A stretch of DNA of 64,000 nt from Balanoglossus misakiensis (Eukaryota > Animalia > Hemichordata): assembly GCA_040954595.2 (NCBI GenBank), contig CM082586.2:8277337-8341336 (forward strand), written 5' to 3'. Each line of letters starts with the position of its first letter. Positions within the stretch are counted from its first letter, which is position 1. The notes below the pieces were generated by a model, which searched no databases, was not told the DNA's origin, and saw only the letters and a program-made list of their open reading frames with translations. Below, piece by piece: positions 28,301-40,075 of the stretch. The translations under genes were made by a program, and so were the position numbers.

Positions 28301-31300
28301 ATTTTCGTTAACTTAATTGCAGCGCAACTTTCTAATAGGATGTAGGACAAGACAGCTAATTTCATTGTTTTTCACATGTTGGCAGCAATATTCCACTGTC
28401 CCCTCCCCCACGCTGCAGGTGGGTATACACGTCATTTGGGTAGAATTCGCGACATATAGCACTAGTGCTAATGTGGAGCGAATTGTTCCCGAGCAGTGCT
28501 ACACTTAGTATTTTCGCATAGCAGAATGACAGATTATAGCATTATGTAATATAATTCAAGTTGTCTTGGTGTCAGAGGTACTGTTGCGTAGAATGAGCAA
28601 AATTCGAAAAACGCAACCACGTAACTCTGTGACGTAGAAATTGAATGGTGTTACATGCTGTCGATATTGTTCATATTCTGAGCAAATGGCAAATTCGTGT
28701 TCAGCGGATGCGTGGTTCCGTTCGACACATTTGAAGTCCACGATAATAGCCAGACACACTATTGATACTCTGTCTTGTATGCAGAAACTCCTAAAAGACC
28801 GGATTTGTATTGGTCAGACATTAGGTGAAGCATTGTCAAAAGAACCTGCTGTGGGTATTATTTTTGAAACAAAATGTGCTCAACACGGCAATAATTTTAA
28901 AGGGCAATCATTGTGTCACGTGATATATTAGTAACTCTAGCGAGGTTTGTTTCTATCCTCAGTGACTGTCCTTGTTCTTCGAAATGCGCACTAAACATGT
29001 GCGCATGAAAGAGTTAATCGCGAGTAAGATGAAGTGGATTGTATCTGAAACTTTCACCTTGACTCGACTATAACACAAAAGCATCTTGTATACAAGCATC
29101 CCAGTGGCTGATGTGCTCATTTGAAATCTGACAGTTTTTATTTGAAGGGGTGAACGATATTAAAACATTATACAGTAGATCCAGCGCAACTGTTGTTACA
29201 TCTTTACTATAACTTTTTTGACAGTGCTTGATTTAACCATATGCACCAAGATTTTTTGAAAGTCTGAACCATTACCATTCTAGCATATATGGTGTCTCTC
29301 CAGCCTTTGCATTGGTTATCTGATCCAGCTTTGACAAGGCTGTGATAGGACTGGCATCCAAAATTTCAGGACAGGTTCGCACAGTACTTAAGCTTTGCCA
29401 ATACACAAATGATTCATCTGGTGAAAAGAAACAACATCAAAGTAAAACATCGGTTGACAGTCATCATAGGTTGCACACTTATTTAATTTTTACCCTCAAT
29501 CTATATATCCGAAGACGACATGTTGATTAACAGCATGTGCAGATATCTGCCTGATAAGCAAACGTCACGACAATTTTACACGAGATAACAATTGTCCGTG
29601 ACACACACAAACCAAATAAACCCGTAATCATCGCAACGCCTAAAGGTTCAGTTGCTGGGATTAATAATTCTGAAGAAAAAAAATCAAAATAATATATTTT
29701 CTCAGTATTTTAATTTGTTTATGATTTAAAAACAAATTAAAATACCCACACTGGCTAACTTAGCCTAAATAAGTCTCTGATACATCACGGCTGACTGCTC
29801 GGACATGGCGTAATTGCGTGTTGGATTGAATGAAAATTCATTGTCATGAATCTCTAACTTCTTTTCGTTGTAGACCCAGCCAAGTCGCTCGCTGATTTTA
29901 ATTATAACGACACAGAAATGGCTGACATGTTTTTCGAAATCATGGCTCAAACCAACTTCGAAGGCGTTTCGGTAGGTAGGACATTCGTTTTCAACACTGT
30001 TATATGTACTTTGATTGTGGAAATTTCGTGTTTTGCAAGTTACAAATTACTTGTATTAATATAAGGCGTACGTTAAGTCAAAAACGGTGTTTATACGAAT
30101 AAAATGACGAAACGTTTCCGTGGTATCCAAGCGTCGAATTGGAAAATCGAGTAAACCTTTCGATGCAGACCAGTTCATAATCATTTATGACGTTTAAAAG
30201 AAACAAAGTTACACACTTTTGAGTAATGTATGTATGTATGTATGTATGTATGTATGTATGTATGTATGTATGTATGTATGTATGTATGTATGCATGTATG
30301 CATGTATGCATGTATGTATGTATGTATGTATGTATGTATGTTGTGTTGTTGTTGTTGTTATGATATTCTTGTACATTGCCGTCAAATCATTGCATTTTAA
30401 ACCTAGTAGGTTACTGCGATGATTCTGTGCTCAGTATAGCACCAGACATGTTGTGTGTACGACAAGAATACCAACTAAGCTCACTGGACGTCAAGCATTT
30501 GTTCGACCGTGACCCGTGATGTTTTCTGAGCACCTGGCGCGTGATGCATGCAGAGTAAAGTGAAACCAAATGGAATGATATAATCAGATCTTTACTAACG
30601 TGTTTTCTGCAGGGACCGGTGTTGTTCACTGATACCGGAGACCGGCAAGGTCTGATGCAGGTGGAACAAAATCAAAGTGAGTAAATCGTGTAATTTCTCT
30701 CGGGAAATGACGCGTGATTTTTTTGTTAAACGAGCCGTGATCCAGACTAATGTGCCCGTCGAGGCGATAATGATGCCGTTCCACTAGATTAAAAGATACT
30801 TTTTGGCTCTCTACCGGCAATCAATGAAGTAATACCACTTGCAGTTTGTACGTTGTTTGTCATGCATGAACAACGTGACCCTCAGCTGGTGATCTGCTCT
30901 CCAGAAACTGTGCCGAAACGCGGCTACTTTGAGAAGATGCATTCAGTAGACCACACTGTAATATGACTCGCCTTTTTGTGCAGACGGTGTATTCAATTGT
31001 CAAATTAAATACGCGTTTTCATCAAAAAAAGGCTTTTCGGGGGCTTTCTGAAATCCAAGATCCTGAAAATTCCGAGCAATTGTATCTGGGGCAGGTCAGG
31101 TTTTAATACTGTTACATCTGGGAAGGTTCAAATTTGTAATTTCTTTAATCAGGTGTCTTTCAAGGGGAATACAACAATTTAAAATATGTATGAAAAGTAG
31201 TGTCAATTTGAAATATTCTCCCACAAAAAACATAGTTGAAAAATCCGCTTTTTTTCGTCTTCAAATTCCATGTACATGCGTACTGTATGGCTAAGATTAA

Positions 31301-34300
31301 AGGTCATACATGGTGTGAATAAACCCACTATTGTATCAGTCTTACTCTTAAAGTACTTTTGGAATATTTAGAGTTCGCAACCATCATTTGAACTAGCCAT
31401 ACTGCAGGCTATCTGTAAAACAAAAGACAGATTTGATGGTCGAACAGACAATTTGACAAGTAAATACGTTCTAAAACTTTTTATTATTCGCTGAACCAGC
31501 ACAGGCCAATTCAAACATATGACGATTTCACAGGGCAACTATTTCATGGTCCTGTTCTAAAGGGGAAAAAACATTTGAGTCAACCCAATTCGTAATTTCC
31601 CTGAAACCGCGTTTTTAAGCAATCTCGCCCCTTCTCATTATTATCTACAGATCATAATGACACAAGAGTCCAGCCATGGCAGTATATTCAGTTCACGTCT
31701 GATTGTAATAATGAGTTCTTTCCAAACATAGACCGTTAGACGGTGTCCTTGTGATGTGATATGATTCATTTAGGCCAAGCAAAATGTATCGTTCGGATAA
31801 CTTGTCTTGCCGCCATTTTAGTTGCCGATCATGAACTTTCAGAGCTGAATAAATGCAGAAGCTTCAGAATAAATTCGTGATTTTCAAGAGAATTGATGCG
31901 AAAGTAAATAACTCACAAATGATGCGAAATCTGCAGTGGCGTGCATTTGATGACGTCACGTTCTGCTCCAATCTAGATTTATTTCTCAAACTGAACCAAA
32001 CACTTAGGGACGTTGGTGTTGAATAGCACAAGCTCAATGAGCGCGGTGAAGTAGATGCTTGAGTTATTCCGACTGGGATGTGGATGTGAAACTTCGAAGT
32101 TCCTTTTGAATCTGATCTTGTTCGTTATTCAGAATTTGACGGATTGAATTGTGACACGTTGACATTTGAATCCGCAGATGGCACTGAAGTTCGGGTTGGG
32201 ATCTATGACCCGTCGTCTCCTGCTGCCATGAAGATCACGTGGTCTGACGATCCGCGAATTCATTGGAAAGGTAACAGAATGGAGTATTGTATCCTTGGGG
32301 GAGCCTTGGACAAATTCATATTTTTCACTTGGGACGTAGGAGTACACAAGAATTCATAATTTTTATAAATGCTTTATACGAAATTCATAGGACGACACAT
32401 TAAGATATACGAGAAATGTTTGCTAGATTTTAGCTATGACGTGTAATGCTGTCACATTCATAAACACGATAGAATCATGCATGTTTGATTTCAGTGGCAC
32501 AAGACAATCTCTGTTTGGTGTGTAGTCATACATCTGTTTAGTTTTCCAACTTATAACCGAGTAATATTAAGTGACAAAGAATCACATTTATATTGAATTT
32601 ACGAAAACTCATTTGCATTTCTTGCAATGAAAAGAGTTGTAAAAATAAAAAAATAGGCTTACTTTGACCTTCTTTACGAAGGCCATCAATATGCTCTTAA
32701 TTATCTTTTTAGGCGACAAACCACCAGCAGATCGAGAACAAATAGTTGAACAGTACCAGACCATCACGTTTCCATTATTTATTTCCATGGCAACGTTGTC
32801 ATCGCTGGGTATTCTTCTGGCGATTGGATTTTTATGGTTTAACCTTCGGTATCGCCATCATAGGTAGGTTCAAAGGTTACGCACGAGATCTCGCGTTAAC
32901 AAGACCTTGGTCTGGCCACATCACATTTCAGCAGCTTACACTAGGCGTATTATGTATTAAAAATGTAAATAATTCATTATTGATAAGTGGCTTCAAAATC
33001 TACAAAAAAACTGTTATCAATGTCTGTACTTTAGTATATTTATGTTTTTGTAGGTTTATCAAGATGTCAAGTCCATATATGAATAATTTTATATTATTTG
33101 GCTGCATCTTAGCATACATATCCATCATATTGTCTGGCATTGACACCAGTTTAGTGACTGACTCCAAATTTTTGCTAATACACAAGGTAAGTGAATGTTG
33201 TGATATTGCCGTCAAGGAAAAATGTTTACCGAAAAACGAGTCGATAATCGCGAAAATAGTATGCTTAGGAAATGTGTATGCCAATCCCATATCTGTCCAC
33301 TATTGGCGCAGTGAATGTTGGAGATAAATTCATATGTTATTACTGAGGCTTAACTGACCCTGAGGTGTTTAGAATCCCTGTGCCTTATTAAGGGAACCAC
33401 TGGATACCCATTTGATTTCTCTGGAGAACATACTGGAAGTACATGTACTGGAAATCAGTGCATGGTTTCTTATCAACAGCCGTATTAAAAGAGAACACTT
33501 TTAGTAAACATATTTGAAAGGGACATAGTTGTCTTAAATCTAACAATTTTCCTCCACAAATCAAACAAGTCTCTGTCGTTTTCTATAAACTCAAATGTAA
33601 CGTTAAGGCCACACTTCTTCCAGTAACTACACGATGATGACGACCGCCATGTTTATTTTCCACTTCTCAGGTGAATGCTTGGGTGTTGGCCATAAGTTTC
33701 TCTCTAGCCTTCGGTGCAATGTTTAGTAAAACATGGAGAGTTCATAAAATATTCACAAATAAAAAATTGGAGAAACGGGTGAGTTGAATTCTTCACAGCA
33801 TGACATGTTTTATTGCAGCATTGGGTGTTGCGTGAAATCTTTAACTGTAATTCTTTGAGAGCCATCAACCGTGCCAACACATATTTTGTCTGCACTTACA
33901 ATAACAGTGTATTGTTGACATATCAATATTAGTTAACAAGAGAGGTTTTTCCTGATTGGTAACGTTAATACCGACACATGGTTCTTGTAAGTGTCAACGT
34001 TGATGGCGCTGCATTATAAACTGCAGCCCCATGTGAACGTGACTTCAGTCATGCAATACTATTAATTGTGATTTGGTTAAGTGAGTCAAATATTCGTTCA
34101 CCAAGCTGGAATAGTTCATGATTGTTGTAAGATAATAAAGAAGCTATTATGCGAATGTAAAATTTCCTAAGTGATGCTGTGCATGACGTAAGCACACAAA
34201 CAGCGTGTCAGGGTTCATGAAATGTCAGAGTAATAACAACGGTTCTGTATTTCTAGGTGATTAAAGACATGCAGTTATTCGGTATGGTCGGAATGTTAGT

Positions 34301-37300
34301 CCTTCTTGACGTTTTTGTCTTAACGTTGTGGGAGGTCGTTGACCCCTTGACGTTAACGAAAGTTTCAGGGCCACAACAGGTTAGTGAGTATATCATTTGG
34401 ATTAGTAGCCATAGCAACGCGTCTCGTTGTGTGACTGATCGAGATGGCGGATTATATTTGGTATTTAGAAAAAAAACATCGGAGGTTGGATATATTCCTC
34501 AGTTGAACTAGCCAACTTGACGAAGATATTAATGAAACGTACGTTTCTCGTGCAATGTATTTAAGTCTCCATTTCTACCAAGGTTACTATTCACGGAATA
34601 TGGATTCTTTCCAGTCAGAAAATGACCATCACACTTTGCAGCCTTCGTTTCTGGCAGTTTCAAGCCTTGGTTAGAATCCGGTCACTTGGTTTAATTTGGC
34701 ACGTCGAAGTGACTGATTTCCTTTATCGTAATTTCACCTGTAATTAGGATTTATCTGGTTATGCCATGGTTTTCCGTTTGATTACAGGATGATCCCACGG
34801 ATAGCGATATAGTCATCGCGCCAGTGTGGATAGAATGTCATTCCCGACAAACCATGTATTGGCTGGGGGCACTATACGCAATTAAAGGTTAGTACAGCAG
34901 ATTACGTAGGCACGTGTTTGCATGAAGAGAGCGGTCAGCAATGTATATACCAAATTGCAGACTGATTCCTTCGATTTTGCTATACAGAGGTTGAGGTGGA
35001 GAGAGAGAGAGAGGTGGGGGGGGGGAAGCGTACAATATATATATGAGTCAAAGACATAATTTTACAGATTTGTGTCATAGTAAAGTTCAAATTTGGAAAA
35101 CATATATAGGTGAAACCATCATAGTAATGTCTTATGAAAACGTCATTGCAAGAATTGAAGTATCCCTCACAATATTGGGGACGCTCGTCCATCTTTTCTC
35201 ATTTTGGTGAGAGTGAAAAAGTGCAGCAGTGTCGTGTACATTGGTAGTCATAACAAGATTATGTTGATTCGTGTCTGTTTGTCTGGTATTGTCTTGTCTT
35301 GCCTTGTCCGTATCTGTTCGTGTGTTTGTTTATTGTTTGTTTGTTTGTTAGTTCGCCGGCAATGTTCACGACCAAATGCTTATAGGTAACATCTATTTTA
35401 CAGGTCTTCTTCTAATATTCGGAGCCTTCCTGGCATGGGAAACAAGAAATGTTACTGTTGCCGCCCTCAACGACTCCAAATATATCGGTTAGTGAACGAT
35501 TCCATGTCCACGATATCTCCTAAATCGTGATGACTTGCTTAAGACTATCATAAAACATGTCACTATATGACAGTCTCCGGAAAAGGTACATTTCAGCCAC
35601 ACTTAGATAAAATCAAGTTAAGGCTTATTCATAAGAGGCAAACCAAGTATGGTAGCAAATTCAAACTCAAAAACAACATGTACATGTATACTTGTTTTTG
35701 TGATATTGGACAGGGAAGTTTCATTGAATAGTCATGGCATTTAATATATTTACTAAAATCAAAAATACTGATTGTCTTTATAGGTACCAGTGTATATAAC
35801 GTTGTAATATTATCCTTTGTTGGTGTGGCTGTGTCTCTTATCATGAACGACCAGGTGGACGCTTCCTACGTTCTTATATCAATGTTCATATTCTTTGCTA
35901 CTACTCTTACGCAGTGCATGGTTTTTGTGCCTAAGGTACGTCAGCTATATGTTTATATTTTAATGAACAGTCACAATCAGAGGTTGTTAATATGTTTGTG
36001 TATACCCACCTGCCAGTAAACTCAATTAAAGTGACCACTCTACGTTCGAAAGTAAAATCATGAAAATAATTTTAAAAAATGGTATAGCTATTGGGGCTTT
36101 AAAGTGTTCCTGACTACACAACCAGGTTTAGTTGCCATTAAATAGATAGTATAGATCCATAAATAGTATACGGAATGGTTCATACCAACTCAAGATTTTC
36201 CGACACTAAATTTATAGGTAGCCCCCCGCCCCCCACCCCCCACCCCCCTACAAAGTTTTATGTGTGATGTATCTGCTTCTATTATGGACGCGATGTAATT
36301 AATGTTGCACGAGTCAGCTGTTAAATCACCAGATAAAATGGTTATGTTTGCCAATTTTTGTGCAGCATGATTTTACCAATCAACTTTGTAGAAGTTTATT
36401 AGATTCAGCAAACGACTGTATATCTTTCAAAATGTGAGTTCGTTTACGGCTTATGTTTTCCATTGTTTTGTAATGGTCAGATCAAAGGTCGAAATGAAGT
36501 TCAACCTTCAGGGACAATGCTGACAGCTACTTGGAAAGATTCGTCAGAGACACAGAAAGCAAAACATGACAAAGAGAAAAAGATTACCGAGATGACAGAT
36601 GAAATACGCAGATTAAAAGAACGACAGACCGTGGTAAGTTTAAGTATAGTTGGTATGCCTGATGCTTTGGTTTCGAGGCAATGATAAATAGCTTGCTTTG
36701 CCTAACTTCCATGCACTGTGTCTGTTACATTATACAACAGTGATCCTTGTGGTTCACGGTCCTAAACACATGCGCAACAAATTCTGGGATGATTGAATAG
36801 AAACATTTGGAAATGCTAAGGTGTGCCATGGTGGAGTTATGAACATGCTATTGGGTTTAGAGGGGAAACTAACGCTGGGATTAATATTGTGATAAAAATA
36901 TGTCTTCCCGGCGAAATCTGAGACAAACGTTGACCGTTTAAGAATGTTTCGGGTTGTTTGCGCGGGACAACAGTTACGTTTTTCTGTTGATCATGGTGCA
37001 CTTGGTGCGCCCAGATTCTGATGATGAAGGCGCCTTTAATATAAAAGGCATAGTTCCAACGTCAGTTTCCCCTCTATCTATTGCACATACATCACTTCTA
37101 TCAATGTCATACTTTCACACTTTTCATAGAAATTCTCAAAACTTTTCGCCCCTTTTGCTGACCTTTACTCATAACTATCACCGAGTACGTCTCTAATAAA
37201 ATCACGGTGGGTCTACAGACTAATGATAGTGAGGTTGGTTGATGATAATGGATGTTTCTTACGAAAAAAGGGTTCAACGTACAGTCACTTGCATCTCGTT

Positions 37301-37606
37301 CAAACCACCTGGTTTAAGACACATGGTCACAAATACCTGAAAAAAAGACCCAGATCCAGATAACAAACTAGTCTTGTTTGAATAATCTGCTAACTTTAGA
37401 TTATGTGTTTATTCTGACAGTATGAAGATCGCATACATGAGTTAGAAACGTTATTACAAGAAAGAAACAAAACCGCCAACAACTCTGTCACCGATGTTCA
37501 CCAATCAAGTGCAGAGGAATCCAAAGAAACTGACGCATGCGCAGTAGCCGCTGACAATGTGAAAAACGACGCCACGGTATCTCCAAAGGATATTGAGAGC
37601 TCATAG
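7115..37606 (+). CDS. GABBR-like: GABA-B receptor-like class C GPCR, whole gene (19 coding exons, 840 aa)
   Basis: Exons 7115-7369, 21919-22059, 24037-24207, 25206-25307, 26125-26239, 27074-27216, 28017-28167, 29874-29971, 30613-30676, 32178-32270, 32713-32863, 33054-33186, 33671-33778, 34257-34379, 34788-34887, 35404-35487, 35784-35935, 36481-36633, 37421-37606. All are GT-AG with compatible phases and sum to 2523 nt. Product: signal peptide, Venus flytrap ([32 protein letters not shown]), 7TM ([38 protein letters not shown]), C-terminal coiled coil. Confidence 0.93.
8982..9173. mobile_element. Kolobok/T2-type MITE family A, copy 1 (~190 bp)
   Basis: TTAA|AGGTATACGGTCACCT ... AGGTGCCCGTATACCT|TTAA. 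Confidence 0.85.
10413..10510. repeat. 98-bp inverted repeat (41-bp arms, 16-nt loop)
   Basis: gggtacggcgacgtcttttacttcgcgatacggtattctta / taagaataccgtaccgcaaagtaaaagacgtcgccgtaccc, 2 mismatches. Confidence 0.9.
16303..16409. repeat. Compound microsatellite (TCTG)n(TC)n
   Basis: Read directly. Confidence 0.95.
18034..18204. mobile_element. Solo arm of the palindromic TTAA-ended element at 61641-61999
   Basis: ttttggcgagtttttcactctc...ggaaaagggcagcg...ctttgtccct|ttaa matches 61838-61999. Confidence 0.7.
21919..22059 (+). CDS. GABBR-like: GABA-B-like GPCR exon 2
   Basis: [47 protein letters not shown]; ag|...|gtaatg. Confidence 0.9.
24037..24207 (+). CDS. GABBR-like: GABA-B-like GPCR exon 3
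   Basis: [57 protein letters not shown]; cag|...|gtaagt. Confidence 0.92.
24448..24768. repeat. Dispersed ~330-bp repeat, copy 2
   Basis: Same-orientation diverged copy of 1781-2106. Confidence 0.75.
25206..25307 (+). CDS. GABBR-like: GABA-B-like GPCR exon 4
   Basis: [34 protein letters not shown]; cag|...|gtattc. Confidence 0.87.
26125..26239 (+). CDS. GABBR-like: GABA-B-like GPCR exon 5
   Basis: [38 protein letters not shown](G). Confidence 0.92.
27074..27216 (+). CDS. GABBR-like: GABA-B-like GPCR exon 6
   Basis: (G)[47 protein letters not shown]. Confidence 0.9.
27314..27606. mobile_element. Harbinger/Tourist-like MITE (~290 bp)
   Basis: TTA|GGCCAAAAAATAATATGTGCTGTTCCGAT ... ATCGGAACAGCACGTATTTTTTATTTTGGTC|TTA. 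Confidence 0.72.
28017..28167 (+). CDS. GABBR-like: GABA-B-like GPCR exon 7
   Basis: [50 protein letters not shown]. Confidence 0.9.
29874..29971 (+). CDS. GABBR-like: GABA-B-like GPCR exon 8
   Basis: (N)[32 protein letters not shown]. Confidence 0.9.
30226..30359. repeat. Microsatellite (ATGT)n plus (GTT)n
   Basis: Read directly. Confidence 0.95.
30613..30676 (+). CDS. GABBR-like: GABA-B-like GPCR exon 9
   Basis: [21 protein letters not shown]. Confidence 0.88.
32178..32270 (+). CDS. GABBR-like: GABA-B-like GPCR exon 10
   Basis: (N)[30 protein letters not shown](G). Confidence 0.86.
32713..32863 (+). CDS. GABBR-like: GABA-B-like GPCR exon 11 (stalk, TM1)
   Basis: (G)[49 protein letters not shown](R). 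Confidence 0.92.
33054..33186 (+). CDS. GABBR-like: GABA-B-like GPCR exon 12 (ICL1, TM2)
   Basis: [44 protein letters not shown]. Confidence 0.92.
33671..33778 (+). CDS. GABBR-like: GABA-B-like GPCR exon 13 (TM3, ICL2)
   Basis: [36 protein letters not shown]. Confidence 0.93.
34257..34379 (+). CDS. GABBR-like: GABA-B-like GPCR exon 14 (TM4)
   Basis: [41 protein letters not shown]. Confidence 0.92.
34788..34887 (+). CDS. GABBR-like: GABA-B-like GPCR exon 15 (ECL2, TM5)
   Basis: [33 protein letters not shown](G). Confidence 0.9.
35404..35487 (+). CDS. GABBR-like: GABA-B-like GPCR exon 16 (TM5, ICL3)
   Basis: (G)[27 protein letters not shown](G). Confidence 0.93.
35784..35935 (+). CDS. GABBR-like: GABA-B-like GPCR exon 17 (TM6, TM7)
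   Basis: (G)[50 protein letters not shown]. Confidence 0.93.
36481..36633 (+). CDS. GABBR-like: GABA-B-like GPCR exon 18 (C-tail, coiled coil)
   Basis: [51 protein letters not shown]; cag|...|gtaagt. Confidence 0.82.
37421..37606 (+). CDS. GABBR-like: GABA-B-like GPCR exon 19 (terminal)
   Basis: [17 protein letters not shown]...SPKDIESS*; continues the heptad pattern; acceptor ttctgacag; AATAAA about 90 nt after the stop. Confidence 0.78.
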   Translation, partial: YEDRIHELETLLQERNKTANNSVTDVHQSSAEESKETDACAVAADNVKNDATVSPKDIESS

Positions 37607-39580
37607 TAAAATGCTTTTGGCGAGGTTTAAACTCAGCACAATGCAGTGGTTGAATATAATAGAAAAGGGCAGTCTGTTCCAGGTTTCATTTTGAAATAAT
37701 AAAAGAATATAGGGAAGAGATCTTCAGGGGTAGGAAAGTTGTTACGGGGAATCTGACTCGCTTGGCGTAGCTCGAGGTGATCGGGAACTTGAATTGGAAC
37801 CCATGGCTAAAAACTCAAGCGGAGACCTAAGACGTCAGTTATCTTCAATGCCATGTGCGAGACAGCAACATGAATCTGACAGTAACTATTTAAGAACATA
37901 TCGTAGCTGATTAACTATTCATGGGAACTACACACCAGCATGGAGCCTCCAGGACTTCTCCTACTGCAGTCTTTTCCTCCCTTTTTGCGTGTTGTTTGCA
38001 AAACATGGAGCTTTGGTGAGAAGTTTTCCGATTAACACCCATGCATCGTTGGGCGCGTCCCTTACAATGAGTCATGCACGGCTAAGAATCCTCTAGTGGT
38101 GGTATCCCACGCGCCACCATTATGGTTACGTAATACAAATGTATGATTTATTTTTTGCGATAAAGAGCGTGAATATGCCGACCAAGTCACCGTCTTTTGA
38201 CATATTTTTATATAAATATTCCATACATATTAATCCTGTTGTGAAGCCACGTGGAACAATTTAGAATTCCAAATTAAAGACTTACTGATTTGATTCCTAG
38301 ATTCAAGACAAACTCCATATATACCGTTGGAGATTGACGGCCGTTCTAAACTCACCCTACCCACTCTTCATTCCCACACTACAAATTACTTTGTTCCGTG
38401 CAATCCACAAATTGACATCGATTGAAAATATACCCAATATCTTTTCAGAACTTAGTGGGCGGTCTGAACTTTACATGTTCGACGTTTCTTTGTATAAACA
38501 CATCATCGACATTGTCTCCACTGTTCCCTATTGATTCATATCCAAGCTTTTTGCAAGGCTGGACCTACCATAGCATCTACCACCCCGTCAATCTTTCACA
38601 AGATTCGAGTTACATGACACGATTAAAATACAAAAAGCATTTTACAAAATTGATTATTTATTAACCAAGTCATTTAAGTTGCGTCGAATTTTGACTGCAG
38701 GGAGGCCTGGTATAAAGTGGTTAAAGTTTGACGTTCGAGAATCAGTTTCCAGCAATGAATTGTATATCATCGGCTGAATTATATATATGCAATGTATGTT
38801 CACGTGTAATTTCGAGTTTAGACAAATTGTAATATCCGGAAATATTACAATAGTCGATCATAACAATCCATGCACGGTTCAATCTAGCAGAATTCCACAT
38901 AACGGTAAGTAGTAGTTTCAACTAACTAAGGTTTTGGGCTTTGTCCATTGAGTTAGGAACTATCCATCATTACGTTATATCTAAACAAGTTAAAAACTTC
39001 CTGCAACATAAATCTCACCGAATAAATGTATACGAAATGAATTCTTATTTTTTGCGCAAATCCCGCCGACGTCACAGAACTTGGCAGCTACAGAAATTGA
39101 TTGGCCAAGTTCATCACCTAAGTAAAGAAACACGGCTAAGAGCCAAGATCATTTGAATTTCTTTAGTGATAAATACTTGTAATTGTTATATTATCAGAAA
39201 TATGTTCTCGATCTATCGGGGGATGTATTCATCTGACGATAGTTGTACATTGAAATACACTTTCCTCGGGAGATTGTACGTGTTTTCTGCACCAAGCACA
39301 AATCATGACTGTAATGTATTCATTTTTAATTCACATGAGGATTATATATAATCCAATAGAATTAAAAAAGCGTTCACTTTGGTAAGTTATTTAATTTTCA
39401 ATGGGTTTGTAAATTCATTCAGTTTTTATTAAATTACAATAAATTGTAAATACTGTTGCACTGATTGCTCTGTGTCTTGTGTTCTGTATTATTGTTCAGC
39501 AAATGATTTTAGCTGTCTTTGTCACTCTGTTGTAAAGGTGTAGTCGACCGGACTTATCGAGACAGAGTGAAGAAATTGAA

Positions 39581-39755
39581 TTAAAGGTATACGGTCACCT
39601 ATGGAAAATTAGCTGTACAGTAGTTACCATGATTTTCAGTGGGTGTCATGCGAAAAATGAGCGCCACCATATGTTCTTTAGAACGCTCAAATACGCCATT
39701 CAGCCATATATGGGCGTATGTAAATTGAAGATGACTGTATACATTGTACCTTTAA
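39581..39755. mobile_element. Kolobok/T2-type MITE family A, copy 2 (opposite orientation)
   Basis: TTAA|AGGTATACGGTCACCT...CCT|TTAA; interior is the reverse complement of copy 1. Confidence 0.82.
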
Positions 39756-39821
39756 CACTGTCGAACGCACAAAGAAATGTGGTAAAAATCGCGAATCGAA
39801 CTCTGCTTGAACAGTACTTTC

Positions 39822-39829
39822 TGACGTCA
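39822..39829. promoter_or_regulatory. Perfect palindromic CRE (TGACGTCA) upstream of the TSSK-like gene
   Basis: Exact 8-mer about 250 bp upstream of the kinase frame, in a CpG-richer stretch. Confidence 0.45.
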
Positions 39830-40075
39830 CATCATAGTGGTTCCACGAGATGTGCATGCGCGCGCATCACCTGGTCAATGGCCAAGTCGCGTTTTTTGGC
39901 GACGTGAAAGTACGCGATATCTACGACGCACAATGGCATTACGAAAACAGAGGGCTTTGCCTATTATCTTCGGCGACTGCTGTGGTTTGAAGCGAGACAG
40001 CAGTTGCCCTCTCGATGGAAAAGTTGAAACTATCGGAAAAGAATTTCTGTTCAGATCATATTGTAAATTGAAGTC

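Noticed and set aside
31020-31620. Possible old MITE with weak inverted ends
   Set aside because: The TIR similarity is too degraded and there is no TSD to support boundaries.
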